Assembly: GCF_004376175.1 (NCBI RefSeq)
Contig: NZ_SNUY01000046.1
Location: 1,344-33,343 of the forward strand
Direction of reading: 5' to 3'
DNA length: 32,000 bases
Source of the DNA: Halalkalibacterium halodurans
GTDB taxonomy: Bacteria > Bacillota > Bacilli > Bacillales > Bacillaceae_D
The notes under the pieces are model-generated. The model was not told the DNA's origin. It did not search any database and saw only the letters and a list, made by a program, of their open reading frames with translations. This document shows, in pieces, positions 17,672 to 26,358 of this stretch (position 1 is its first letter; each line of letters begins with the position of its first letter). The position numbers were made by a program, and so were the translations under genes.

Positions 17672-19456
17672 TTACACAACGTAACGCTCAGCTTCTAAAA
17701 TACGCCCTGCAATTTCCCGCTTTTTCGCAATCACATTGATTGGTGTATGGCGCGTAAGCTTACGTAAAATAGACGTCATCGTACGCAACGTATCACCTGA
17801 TTGCATGGCAACCAATGATTCTTTTGCATGGGCTTCGATACGGTTGAATGCTTCTTGGCAAAAGACTTGCGTAAGTGCGAGCTTTTGCTCTGCCTTTTCT
17901 AGGCCGTTTCTGCGAATCGCTTTTTCTGTACGCAAAATGACTGATTCCATCGAGAAAATGTCGCTGACAATATCTGCAACGTTTGCAAGAAGTTCTTGTT
18001 CCTGCTGAAGCTTTTCACCGTACGTTTGCGCTCCTGTTCCGGCGATCATTAAGAAAACTTTCTTCGCCATCGACAGTAGATATTTTTCTTGTTCAAGGGG
18101 TTCATCTCCAACTTCTTGCGGCATGAGCATCATCAATTCCTCTTGCAAGGCTGTTGCCTTTTCAAGGAAAGGAAGCTCGCCTTTCATTGCTTTTCGTAAA
18201 ATGGTTCCTGGAACGAGAAGGCGGTTAATTTCATTCGTTCCTTCAAAAATACGGTTGATCCGAGAGTCACGATACATCCGCTCCACTTCGTATTCAGCCA
18301 TGAATCCATAGCCGCCGTGAATTTGCACCGCTTCATCTGCAACAAAATCAAGCGCTTCTGACCCGACAACTTTATTTAAGGAGCACTCAATCGCATACTC
18401 TGCAATCGCTTTGGCGACTTCACGACCATCTTTTTGCTGTTCTTCAGACAGTCCGCCAAGGCGATCCTCAAACAGTCCACCTGTGCGGTAAATGGAGCTT
18501 TCTGCCGCATAAGTAGTGACAGCCATATTGGCTAATTTTTCCTGAATAAGAGTGAACTTTGCAATTGGCTGTTTAAACTGCTTTCGTTCGTTCGCATATT
18601 TAGCTGCTAATTCAATTCCACGCTTAGAGCCGCCAATACAACCGACCCCAAGCTTGTAACGCCCTACATTTAAAATGTTAAACGCGATCACATGTCCTTT
18701 CCCAACTTCACCGAGGAGATTTTCTTTCGGTACAAGGGCATCTTCTAAAATTAACGTGCGCGTAGAGGATCCTTTAATCCCCATTTTCTTTTCTTCTGGT
18801 CCTGTAGAGACTCCTTCAAAGTCTTTTTCTACAATAAAGGCGCTAAAATGCTCTCCGTCGATTTTCGCATAAACGATGAAAACGTCAGCGAAGGCAGAGT
18901 TCGTAATCCATTGTTTTTCACCGTTCAGCACATAATGAGTCCCAGCTTCATTTAGAACCGCCGTCGTTTTTGCACCAAGGGCATCTGAACCTGAGCTTGG
19001 TTCTGTGAGAGCGTAGGCGGCAATTCGCGCCCCTGTTGCAAGGTCTGGAAGATATTTTTTCTTCTGATCCTCGTTCCCGAAAAATACGATCGGTAATGAC
19101 CCAATGCCTACATGGGCTCCATAGCTTAAGGAGAAACCACCCGCTCGTGAAAACTTTTCTGTAATAATCGAGGAGCTAATTTTATCTAGCCCGAGACCAC
19201 CGTATTCCTCTGGTACATCTGCACCAAGAAGGCCGAGCTCCCCTGCTTGTGTCAGCAAACGCCGAGAGATATCGAATTGGTGGTTTTCAATTTCATCAAG
19301 AACTGGAACAACTTCATTTACAACAAACTCTTCTGTCGTTTTTCCTATCATCTCATGCTCTTCTGTAAAATCTTCTGGTGTAAACACTTTATCTGCGTCA
19401 ATTTCGTCGAGTAGAAAGCTTCCGCCTTTTACTGTTTGTTCTGCAGTGTTTCCCAT
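17672..19456 (-). CDS. fadE: Acyl-CoA dehydrogenase (long form)
   Basis: 594 aa. ACAD motifs are present (YALTEPSSGSDA, QIHGGYGFMAEYEVERMYRDSRI) plus a C-terminal extension. It is the third gene of fadN-fadA-fadE. Confidence 0.92.
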   Translation of the reverse strand: MGNTAEQTVKGGSFLLDEIDADKVFTPEDFTEEHEMIGKTTEEFVVNEVVPVLDEIENHQFDISRRLLTQAGELGLLGADVPEEYGGLGLDKISSSIITEKFSRAGGFSLSYGAHVGIGSLPIVFFGNEDQKKKYLPDLATGARIAAYALTEPSSGSDALGAKTTAVLNEAGTHYVLNGEKQWITNSAFADVFIVYAKIDGEHFSAFIVEKDFEGVSTGPEEKKMGIKGSSTRTLILEDALVPKENLLGEVGKGHVIAFNILNVGRYKLGVGCIGGSKRGIELAAKYANERKQFKQPIAKFTLIQEKLANMAVTTYAAESSIYRTGGLFEDRLGGLSEEQQKDGREVAKAIAEYAIECSLNKVVGSEALDFVADEAVQIHGGYGFMAEYEVERMYRDSRINRIFEGTNEINRLLVPGTILRKAMKGELPFLEKATALQEELMMLMPQEVGDEPLEQEKYLLSMAKKVFLMIAGTGAQTYGEKLQQEQELLANVADIVSDIFSMESVILRTEKAIRRNGLEKAEQKLALTQVFCQEAFNRIEAHAKESLVAMQSGDTLRTMTSILRKLTRHTPINVIAKKREIAGRILEAERYVV

Positions 19457-19477
19457 AAATTTGTCCCTCCTCTTAAA

Positions 19478-20659
19478 TTAACCGATTAATTCAAATACGC
19501 CAGCAGCGCCCATACCGCCGCCGATACACATCGTCACAACGCCAAACTGTTCGCCGCGACGTTTCATTTCATGAATAAGTGAAAGCGTTAGTTTCGTTCC
19601 TGTACATCCTAGTGGGTGCCCAAGAGCAATGGCTCCACCATTGACATTCACTTTGTCATGATCAAGATTTAACCCACGGATCACTTGAATGGCTTGCGAC
19701 GCAAACGCTTCATTTAATTCAAATAAACCAATATCCGATAAATCGAGCCCTGCCATTTTAACAGCCTTCGGAATCGCTTCTACTGGTCCAACACCCATAA
19801 TTTCTGGCGCGACACCTGCCACAGCAAATGAACGAAACTTTACGAGTGGTGTTAAGCCTTCACGTTCAGCAACCTCTCGATCCATAAGCAAGACAGCGGC
19901 CGCTCCGTCACTCATTTGTGAAGCATTTCCAGCCGTTACCGTACCTTTTGCATGGAATGCTGGGCGCAAGGCAGAAAGGGTCTCCATGTTCGTTTCAGGC
20001 CTAACTCCTTCATCGACGGAGAACGTGACATGTTTTTCTACAAGTTTATGGTTGTCATCAACGTGACGAAGCGTCACATCAACTGGAACGATTTCGTCTG
20101 CAAATTTCCCTTCCTCAATCGCTTTTGCCGCTCGCTTATGGCTCTCAACGGCAAAGGCATCCTGATCTTCTCGTGAGACTCCAAAACGACTGGCCACTTC
20201 CTCGGCTGTATGTCCCATTCCCATGTAATATTCAGGCTGGTTCTCCACAAGCGTCGGGTTCGGGGCGATCACATGCCCCCCCATCGGAATGAGGCTCATC
20301 GATTCGGCTCCACCGGCGACAATCGCTTCCCCTTGGCCGAGCATAATTCGTTCTGCCCCGTAGGCGATACTTTGCAGCCCTGATGAACAGTAACGATTGA
20401 TCGTAATTGCCGGAACAGTATGAGGCATTCCAGCGAGGGCAGCAATGTTTCGTGCCATATTCATGCCTTGCTCTGCTTCTGGCATAGCGCAGCCAATAAT
20501 GACATCATCGATTCGAGCGGGATCAAAGTCACCAGCTCGTTTTAACGTTTCTTTTACGGTTAACGCTCCTAAATCATCTGGCCGAACATTGGCGAGCGTT
20601 CCTTTTTTCGCCTTTCCCACTGGTGTTCGCGCACCAGCGACGATAACGGCTTCTCTCAA
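19478..20659 (-). CDS. fadA: Acetyl-CoA C-acyltransferase (thiolase)
   Basis: 393 aa with active-site contexts NRYCSSGLQSI, GGAIALGHPLGCTG and MCIGGGMG. It has a TTG start. Confidence 0.93.
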   Translation of the reverse strand: MREAVIVAGARTPVGKAKKGTLANVRPDDLGALTVKETLKRAGDFDPARIDDVIIGCAMPEAEQGMNMARNIAALAGMPHTVPAITINRYCSSGLQSIAYGAERIMLGQGEAIVAGGAESMSLIPMGGHVIAPNPTLVENQPEYYMGMGHTAEEVASRFGVSREDQDAFAVESHKRAAKAIEEGKFADEIVPVDVTLRHVDDNHKLVEKHVTFSVDEGVRPETNMETLSALRPAFHAKGTVTAGNASQMSDGAAAVLLMDREVAEREGLTPLVKFRSFAVAGVAPEIMGVGPVEAIPKAVKMAGLDLSDIGLFELNEAFASQAIQVIRGLNLDHDKVNVNGGAIALGHPLGCTGTKLTLSLIHEMKRRGEQFGVVTMCIGGGMGAAGVFELIG

Positions 20660-20679
20660 CGTCTTCCCCTCCTCTGAAA

Positions 20680-23061
20680 TTAATTGCGCAGCGGCTTCCC
20701 TTTCATTAACATATGCTGCATCCGTTGTTGAGATTTCGGTTCTCCTACAAGACTTAAAAACGCCTCCCGTTCAAGGTCAAGCAAATATTGTTCATCGACG
20801 AGCGTCCCTTTCGCTACCCGTCCGCCCGCGATCACAAACGCTAATTTCTCAGCAATTTTTAAATCGTGCTCGGAAATCATTCCACCGAATTTCATGGACT
20901 TTGCACCAAGGAGCATCGTCGCATACCCAGTTTCACCAACGACTGGGATCTTTTTGCGCGTTGGTGGACGATAGCCAGCATCATGAAGATGGATCACCTG
21001 CTGTTTCGCTTGATAAAGTAAATGATCTCCGTTCATGACAACACCGTCACGTTCGCTCAAGAAGCCGTTTTCCATCGCTTCATGGGCGGAAGTCGAAACC
21101 TTCGCCATCGCAATCGTTTCAAAGGTCTTATTGGCGATACTTTGCAAGTCAATGTTCGCCCCTTCAGGCAACCGTTCAAGATGACGTAAATAAAGCTCTT
21201 TGTTACCGCCACCTCCAGGAATAACCCCGACTCCAACTTCTACAAGCCCCATGTACGTCTCTAATGACGCTTGAATGCTTGCTGTCGGAAGGCAGATTTC
21301 CGTACCACCACCAAGAGTCATGGCAAACGGTGCTGAAACGACAGGCTTTTGTGAATAACGGATTTTAGCCATGGCTTGCTGGAATTGACGCACGACCATA
21401 TCGATTTCAAAAAAGTTATCATCCTGCGCTTCCATAAGGATCATCATCAAGTTCGCACCAACACAAAAGTTCTTCCCTTGGTTGCCAATGACGAGCCCTT
21501 TGTAGTTCGCTTCAACTTCATCGACTGCTTTATTAATCATTTGGACGACATCAAACCCGATCGAGTTGTTCGGCGAATGGAATTCTAACAAGGCCACATC
21601 ATCACCGAGGTCAATTAAGCTAGCACCAGAGTTTTTCGTAATGACACGCTCTGGTTTCAGAGCCTTCAAGTGAATGATTTTCCCATTTATCGGAATAACT
21701 TTCGCCTCACCATGGTGATAGAACGTACCGTCTTGATAAAAACGCTCTCGGCCGCTCGTTAACATCTCTTTCACCCAAGAAGGAACGGTTGCTCCTTCTT
21801 CTTCCATCCGCTGGACAGAGGAGGCTACGCCGATCGCATCCCACATTTCAAATGGTCCTTGCTCCCAGCCGAAGCCCCATTTCATCGCGTCATCTACGGC
21901 CTTAATGTCACCGGCAATTTCGTATACTTTTTCTGCTGAGTAAATAAGCACCGGCTTCATTAAATTCCAAAGTAATTGTCCTGCTCGATCGTTCGCTTGA
22001 ATCAAAATCGAGAGCTTTTCATTTAACGATTTTGCCTGTTTCGCTTGTTCAATCGAAGGCGCTTTCATTTTTTTGCGTTTCTCATATTCGAGGGTGTTTG
22101 GGTTGATCTCTAAAATTTCTGAGCCGTTTTCCCCTTTTTGCTTTAGGAAAAACCCTTGCCCCGATTTGCTACCGATCCAGCCGTTTTCCGCCATTTTTTT
22201 CATAAAGACTGGTGGATCAAACACATCTTTTTCTTCACCGTCCACCACATCGTGAACATTTTTCGCCACGTGTAAAAAGGTATCAAGGCCAACAACATCT
22301 AGCGTTCGAAACGTTGCACTTTTCGGTCTACCGATGAGCGGACCTGTCACTGAGTCTACTTCACCTACAGAATACCCACCTTCCAGCATTTTCTGCACGG
22401 TTACAAGCAAGCCGTAAGTACCAATTCGGTTGGCAATGAAGTTAGGTGTGTCCTTCCCTTCGACGACCCCTTTACCTAACACGTCCTCGGCAAACGCTTT
22501 CATAAATGCTGTAACTTCTGGCTTTGTTTTTTTCGTTGGAATAATCTCTAATAACTTTAAGTATCTCGGCGGGTTGAAAAAGTGTGTCCCTAAAAAGTGC
22601 GCTTGGAAGTCCTCAGACCGCCCTTTCGCCATTGCTTCGATTGAAATTCCTGATGTATTTGAGCTTACGAGCGTTCCTTGCTTCCGGTATTGATCTACCT
22701 TTTCAAATAGCTGTTTTTTAACGTCTAAATTTTCGACGACTACTTCAATGATCCAATCGACCTCGGCAAGCTTTTCCACATCATCTTCCAAGTTACCTGG
22801 CTGAATGTAATGGACATGACTTTTCCGTGAAAGTGGTGCTGGCTTTTGCTTCTGCAATTTTTTCAGAGCTAATGTGGCCAAACGGTTGCGAACCGCTCGA
22901 TCTTCAAGCGTTAGCCCTTTTCTTTGTTCTTCCTCCGTCAACTGGTTTGGCACGATATCAAGCAAAAGTGATGGGATGCCAACATTGGCTAGATGAGCAG
23001 CAATTCCAGAGCCCATAACTCCTGATCCAATGACGGCAACTTTGCGAATTTGACGAGCCAT
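20680..23061 (-). CDS. fadN: Bifunctional 3-hydroxyacyl-CoA dehydrogenase / enoyl-CoA hydratase
   Basis: 793 aa with an N-terminal Rossmann motif VAVIGSGVMGSGIA and a C-terminal crotonase-like region (NFCVGANLMMI). Confidence 0.92.
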   Translation of the reverse strand: MARQIRKVAVIGSGVMGSGIAAHLANVGIPSLLLDIVPNQLTEEEQRKGLTLEDRAVRNRLATLALKKLQKQKPAPLSRKSHVHYIQPGNLEDDVEKLAEVDWIIEVVVENLDVKKQLFEKVDQYRKQGTLVSSNTSGISIEAMAKGRSEDFQAHFLGTHFFNPPRYLKLLEIIPTKKTKPEVTAFMKAFAEDVLGKGVVEGKDTPNFIANRIGTYGLLVTVQKMLEGGYSVGEVDSVTGPLIGRPKSATFRTLDVVGLDTFLHVAKNVHDVVDGEEKDVFDPPVFMKKMAENGWIGSKSGQGFFLKQKGENGSEILEINPNTLEYEKRKKMKAPSIEQAKQAKSLNEKLSILIQANDRAGQLLWNLMKPVLIYSAEKVYEIAGDIKAVDDAMKWGFGWEQGPFEMWDAIGVASSVQRMEEEGATVPSWVKEMLTSGRERFYQDGTFYHHGEAKVIPINGKIIHLKALKPERVITKNSGASLIDLGDDVALLEFHSPNNSIGFDVVQMINKAVDEVEANYKGLVIGNQGKNFCVGANLMMILMEAQDDNFFEIDMVVRQFQQAMAKIRYSQKPVVSAPFAMTLGGGTEICLPTASIQASLETYMGLVEVGVGVIPGGGGNKELYLRHLERLPEGANIDLQSIANKTFETIAMAKVSTSAHEAMENGFLSERDGVVMNGDHLLYQAKQQVIHLHDAGYRPPTRKKIPVVGETGYATMLLGAKSMKFGGMISEHDLKIAEKLAFVIAGGRVAKGTLVDEQYLLDLEREAFLSLVGEPKSQQRMQHMLMKGKPLRN

Positions 23062-23079
23062 TGTTTTCCCCCTTCAAAC

Positions 23080-23095
23080 GAATGAATACTCATTC
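23080..23095. promoter_or_regulatory. Probable FadR (YsiA)-type operator in the fadN leader
   Basis: Perfect inverted repeat GAATGA-ATAC-TCATTC, 19 nt upstream of the fadN start. It resembles the TGAATGA...TCATTCA half-sites I recall for B. subtilis FadR boxes. Confidence 0.6.
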
Positions 23096-23313
23096 ATTTT
23101 TTGTTCAAAAAAAAGTGCTTCTTGCAATGATTTCAAATTTTCTATATTCACTATACCTAATTTTTCATATTCACGCAAGGGATTTCTGAAAATTTTGCCG
23201 AACCATTTTACTTTCCAATGTATAAAGCGGTTTCCAGTCATATTTCCTCCTTGTTTTACAAAACTAACATTGTACCGGAAATAGGTGCACTACTGTAAAA
23301 AGGAGGCTCACTC

Positions 23314-23583
23314 ATGCAGCAACAATCATTCATGCAATCTGGACAACAGCAAGGTGTCATGCCGCAACCACCACAGGTGATCACGGTGAAAGACCAACTG
23401 TACATTACGGATATGCTGTCATGGAATTTATTGGCTTGTAAAAAGGCTCATTTCTTCGCCCAGCAGTGTCAAGATCCTGAAGTGAAGCAGGCACTTGAAC
23501 AAGCGGGGCAAATGCACCAACGCCACTACACGATGCTTCTTGGCCACTTACAAAACCAGCAAAACATGGCAACGGTTCAATAA
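23314..23583 (+). CDS. Spore coat protein, CotF-related (Q-rich N-terminus)
   Basis: 89 aa with an AAAGGAGG SD. It has a helical Coat-F-like core (LYITDMLSWNLLACKKAHFFAQQCQDPEVKQALE) and is paired with a clear CotF-family gene. Confidence 0.65.
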   Translation: MQQQSFMQSGQQQGVMPQPPQVITVKDQLYITDMLSWNLLACKKAHFFAQQCQDPEVKQALEQAGQMHQRHYTMLLGHLQNQQNMATVQ

Positions 23584-23597
23584 AGGAGGCTTTTTAC

Positions 23598-23921
23598 ATG
23601 AATCAGCAGCAAAAAATCCAGAATCCAGAAACACCTGTTCAGAAGAACACGCAAATGTCCGATCGGGATTTCATCAATGATCAACTAGCAACGGAGAAGT
23701 ACATCACTTCTTCTTACAGCATTGCAATGAACGAAGCGAGCCACCAACAGCTGTACCAAGATATTTTTACCGCCTGTCAAGAAGCACAAGATTGTCAACG
23801 TCAACTGTATGAACTGATGTTTAAGAAAGGGTGGTACAGCTTAGAAGCAGCTCCTGAGCAAAAATTACAAGAAGCGTACCAACAATTTTCCGGTTACATG
23901 AATCAGCTTCCGTATCACTAA
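23598..23921 (+). CDS. Spore coat protein F (Coat_F domain) family
   Basis: 107 aa with a typical Coat_F pattern (DRDFINDQLATEKYITSSYSIAMNEASHQQLYQDIF...KKGWY) and an AAAGGAGG SD. Confidence 0.8.
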   Translation: MNQQQKIQNPETPVQKNTQMSDRDFINDQLATEKYITSSYSIAMNEASHQQLYQDIFTACQEAQDCQRQLYELMFKKGWYSLEAAPEQKLQEAYQQFSGYMNQLPYH

Positions 23922-23933
23922 AAAGATACAAAC

Positions 23934-23961
23934 AAAAGCCTAGGGAAAATCCTAGGTTTTT
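23934..23961. terminator. Bidirectional terminator between convergent genes
   Basis: AAAAGCCTAGG-6 nt-CCTAGGTTTTT forms an 11-bp stem including one G-T pair, with A and T runs on both sides. Confidence 0.7.
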
Positions 23962-23963
23962 GT

Positions 23964-24212
23964 TTACTGTTTATTTTCTCGTTGCTTTTTATTTAGTTGC
24001 TGGATGTCGAGGAATAGAGCTTTCATTCCTTCTTTCGCATCAGGGTATTGACTGCTCCAGTGTTTTGCGAGAGGTGGCATCGTTTTTGAAATATGAGAAT
24101 AGATGGCGTAGGCACGAATTTTTTCTTTCATCTCCTCACTTGTATCCCCAACGAGAAGCTCTGCATATTTCTCCACCAATCCGTCCAATTGCTCTTTTAA
24201 TTTTTCGTCCAA
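23964..24212 (-). CDS. Small helical protein, YusU-like (assignment by size and position)
   Basis: An 82-aa ORF convergent with the cotF-like pair. The family call comes from memory of synteny only. Confidence 0.5.
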   Translation of the reverse strand: MDEKLKEQLDGLVEKYAELLVGDTSEEMKEKIRAYAIYSHISKTMPPLAKHWSSQYPDAKEGMKALFLDIQQLNKKQRENKQ

Positions 24213-24328
24213 TTAAAACACTCCCTGCCAATTGTTTCCGTCATTATACCATAGTCAAAAATATGTTTGACATTTTTACCGCCACGTTATATGGTTAGTT
24301 ACATAAGTAATGAACCAAGGAGGTTGTG

Positions 24329-24718
24329 ATGAACTATACGTTTGATGACAGCCGTCCTCTCTTTCAACAAGTGGCCGATGCAATTGCGAATGACATCATT
24401 CACAACGTCATTAAAGAGGGGGAGCAGGTCCCATCCACCAATCAATTTGCTAAGCATCATCAGATCAACCCTGCTACGGTGGCGAAAGGCTTTCATTTAT
24501 TAGTGGACCAAGGCATTTTATTTAAAAAGCGAGGGGTTGGCATGTTCGTAGCAAAGGGGGCACGAGATCAATTGTTGGAACAACGGCGAGAGACTTTTTA
24601 TTCTGATTTTATCGTTCCACTTTTAAACGAAGCAAAAACACTTCATTTGTCAGAGGAAATGATTTTAGACCTGATTAAAAGAGGGGGAGCTAACGATGAC
24701 AGCGACGATCACATGTGA
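24329..24718 (+). CDS. GntR-family transcriptional regulator, YtrA subfamily
   Basis: Short (about 129 aa) GntR with winged HTH (VPSTNQFAKHHQINPATVAKGFHLLVDQGILFKKRGVGMFV). The ATG at 24329 has AAGGAGG five nt upstream. It overlaps the downstream ABC ATPase gene. Confidence 0.88.
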   Translation: MNYTFDDSRPLFQQVADAIANDIIHNVIKEGEQVPSTNQFAKHHQINPATVAKGFHLLVDQGILFKKRGVGMFVAKGARDQLLEQRRETFYSDFIVPLLNEAKTLHLSEEMILDLIKRGGANDDSDDHM

Positions 24719-25547
24719 TCATGTCTCAATGACCATCAAAGGAGAAGAGATTCTTTCCTCCATTTCATGTACGTTTGAGGAAAACAAAATCTACGGCTTG
24801 CTTGGGCGTAACGGTGCAGGAAAAACAACATTTATGAAGCTATTAACAGGACAGCTGCTGCCTACATCAGGTTCAATACGCCTCAATGGAGAAGATCCAT
24901 TCAATAACGAAAAAGCACAGATGCACCTTTGCTTCATTAAGGAAAACGGCAACTTTTTAAAGGGCTTAACTGTCAACCAGCTGATAAAAAACATTCCGAG
25001 CTTTTTTCCAAATTGGGACCATCAACTTGTAGACGAATTACTCGATCGCTTTGAGTTGCCCCGTCATAAACGAATATCAACTTTTTCAAAAGGGATGGAA
25101 TCGGCACTGGGCATTACGGTCGGTTTAGGCTCTAGGGCACCTGTGACGATTTTTGATGAGCCTTATATCGGGATGGATGCGGCTAATCGTCAGCTGTTTT
25201 ACGATCGGTTGGTCGAAGATTATGCAGAGCATCCACGGACCATTATCATTTCCACCCATTTAATCGATGAAATTGCTAGCGTTTTTGAACGGATTACCGT
25301 CATTCGAAAAGGAAAAATGATTGTTGACCAAGAGGTTGATTCCCTTCGAAATCATGCCTTTAAACTGACAGGCAAAGAGAATGACTTTGATTTCCTTCAA
25401 GGGGTACAGATTCTCGATGAGCAGCGCTTCATGGGAAAACGGACATTGACAGTACTCGATGAACATGGGACGCTCCAGTCGATTCCAGCGTCAATACAGA
25501 AACAGCCTCTATCGTTACAAGACTTTATGGTTCAAGTGACAAAATAG
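24696..25547 (+). CDS. ABC transporter ATP-binding protein (YtrB-like)
   Basis: Walker A GRNGAGKTT, degenerate signature FSKGMESAL and Walker B IFDEPYIGMD. It is translationally coupled to the GntR gene. Confidence 0.88.
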   Translation: MTATITCDHVSMTIKGEEILSSISCTFEENKIYGLLGRNGAGKTTFMKLLTGQLLPTSGSIRLNGEDPFNNEKAQMHLCFIKENGNFLKGLTVNQLIKNIPSFFPNWDHQLVDELLDRFELPRHKRISTFSKGMESALGITVGLGSRAPVTIFDEPYIGMDAANRQLFYDRLVEDYAEHPRTIIISTHLIDEIASVFERITVIRKGKMIVDQEVDSLRNHAFKLTGKENDFDFLQGVQILDEQRFMGKRTLTVLDEHGTLQSIPASIQKQPLSLQDFMVQVTK

Positions 25548-25565
25548 AATTAGGAGGGTTATCAA

Positions 25566-26246
25566 ATGTACCATTCTCTCACCCAGCTTCGGTTACAAAC
25601 CTACGATACAGGACGATCTTTTCTTATTTTCTGGTCGATTTTATTCGGATTTATCGTATTAAGCTTTGCCTTAAGTTTGTTTTTAACAGAAACGAACATT
25701 ATTTTTTATGTCAGTTTCCCTAGCTATATTTTTGTAACCATTACAGGATTTTTAATGGTGAAGCAGGACTTTGCCTTTCTTGTCCATATGGGAAAATCAA
25801 GAACACATTTTACGTATGTGGCTTTTGCATTTTTCGTTATTCTTGCCATCGTCATGTCGTTCATCAATGCAATGGTTCACGTGATCACCCATTTCATCAT
25901 TAACCAATTCGCCTTGACGATTACGATTGATACCTTCGCCATATTACTGCTGTCCCAGTCTAATTTTCTAACGAGCATTTGGGTAGACGCAACAATTATG
26001 CTCACCTTACTAACCGTATCGTTTTTCGTCGCAAGCATTTCGTACCGATTCGGCCGAGTAGGAACGTACCTTTTCTGTGCTCTCGTTTTGCTACTCCTCA
26101 TTTTTCCACCGGTCCGTGACGTCTTGCATCCATTTTTCTTAGGCTTTAGTGAAAAAGGCGCGTCTCACTTCTCATGGCTTTTGCTGCTCAGTGTGTTTTT
26201 CACCAGCCTGTCAGTAGTCACATTGCGCAAATCGTCGTTATCTTAG
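25566..26246 (+). CDS. Integral membrane protein, probable permease partner of the ABC ATPase
   Basis: 226 aa with about 6 TM helices and a TAGGAGGG SD. It is the third gene of the GntR-ABC module. Confidence 0.7.
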   Translation: MYHSLTQLRLQTYDTGRSFLIFWSILFGFIVLSFALSLFLTETNIIFYVSFPSYIFVTITGFLMVKQDFAFLVHMGKSRTHFTYVAFAFFVILAIVMSFINAMVHVITHFIINQFALTITIDTFAILLLSQSNFLTSIWVDATIMLTLLTVSFFVASISYRFGRVGTYLFCALVLLLLIFPPVRDVLHPFFLGFSEKGASHFSWLLLLSVFFTSLSVVTLRKSSLS

Positions 26247-26322
26247 GATAGTCGTGTACTCGGTTCCTACTCATTTAATATAAAGAAGAATCCATTTTGA
26301 TCGTTAAAAACGCCGAATGCAA

Positions 26323-26354
26323 AAAGTCAGCCAAGGATAATTCAGGCTGACTTT
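26323..26354. terminator. Bidirectional terminator
   Basis: AAAGTCAGCC-12 nt-GGCTGACTTT (10-bp stem) between convergent genes, with a T-run after it and an A-run before it. Confidence 0.7.
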
Positions 26355-26358
26355 GCTT

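Noticed and set aside
20445-21038. A 197-aa plus-strand ORF spanning the fadA/fadN junction. Similar long antisense ORFs occur at 19689-20066, 13821-14198, 7966-8241, 8472-8741 and 17043-17402.
   Set aside because: All lie opposite well-supported genes, lack Shine-Dalgarno sequences and have low-complexity Ser/Pro/Arg-rich composition typical of shadow ORFs.
24290-24312. A partial dyad GTTAC-ATAA-GTAAT upstream of the GntR gene, considered as a possible autoregulatory operator.
   Set aside because: The arms are only 4-5 bp with a mismatch, which is not distinguishable from chance without comparative data.
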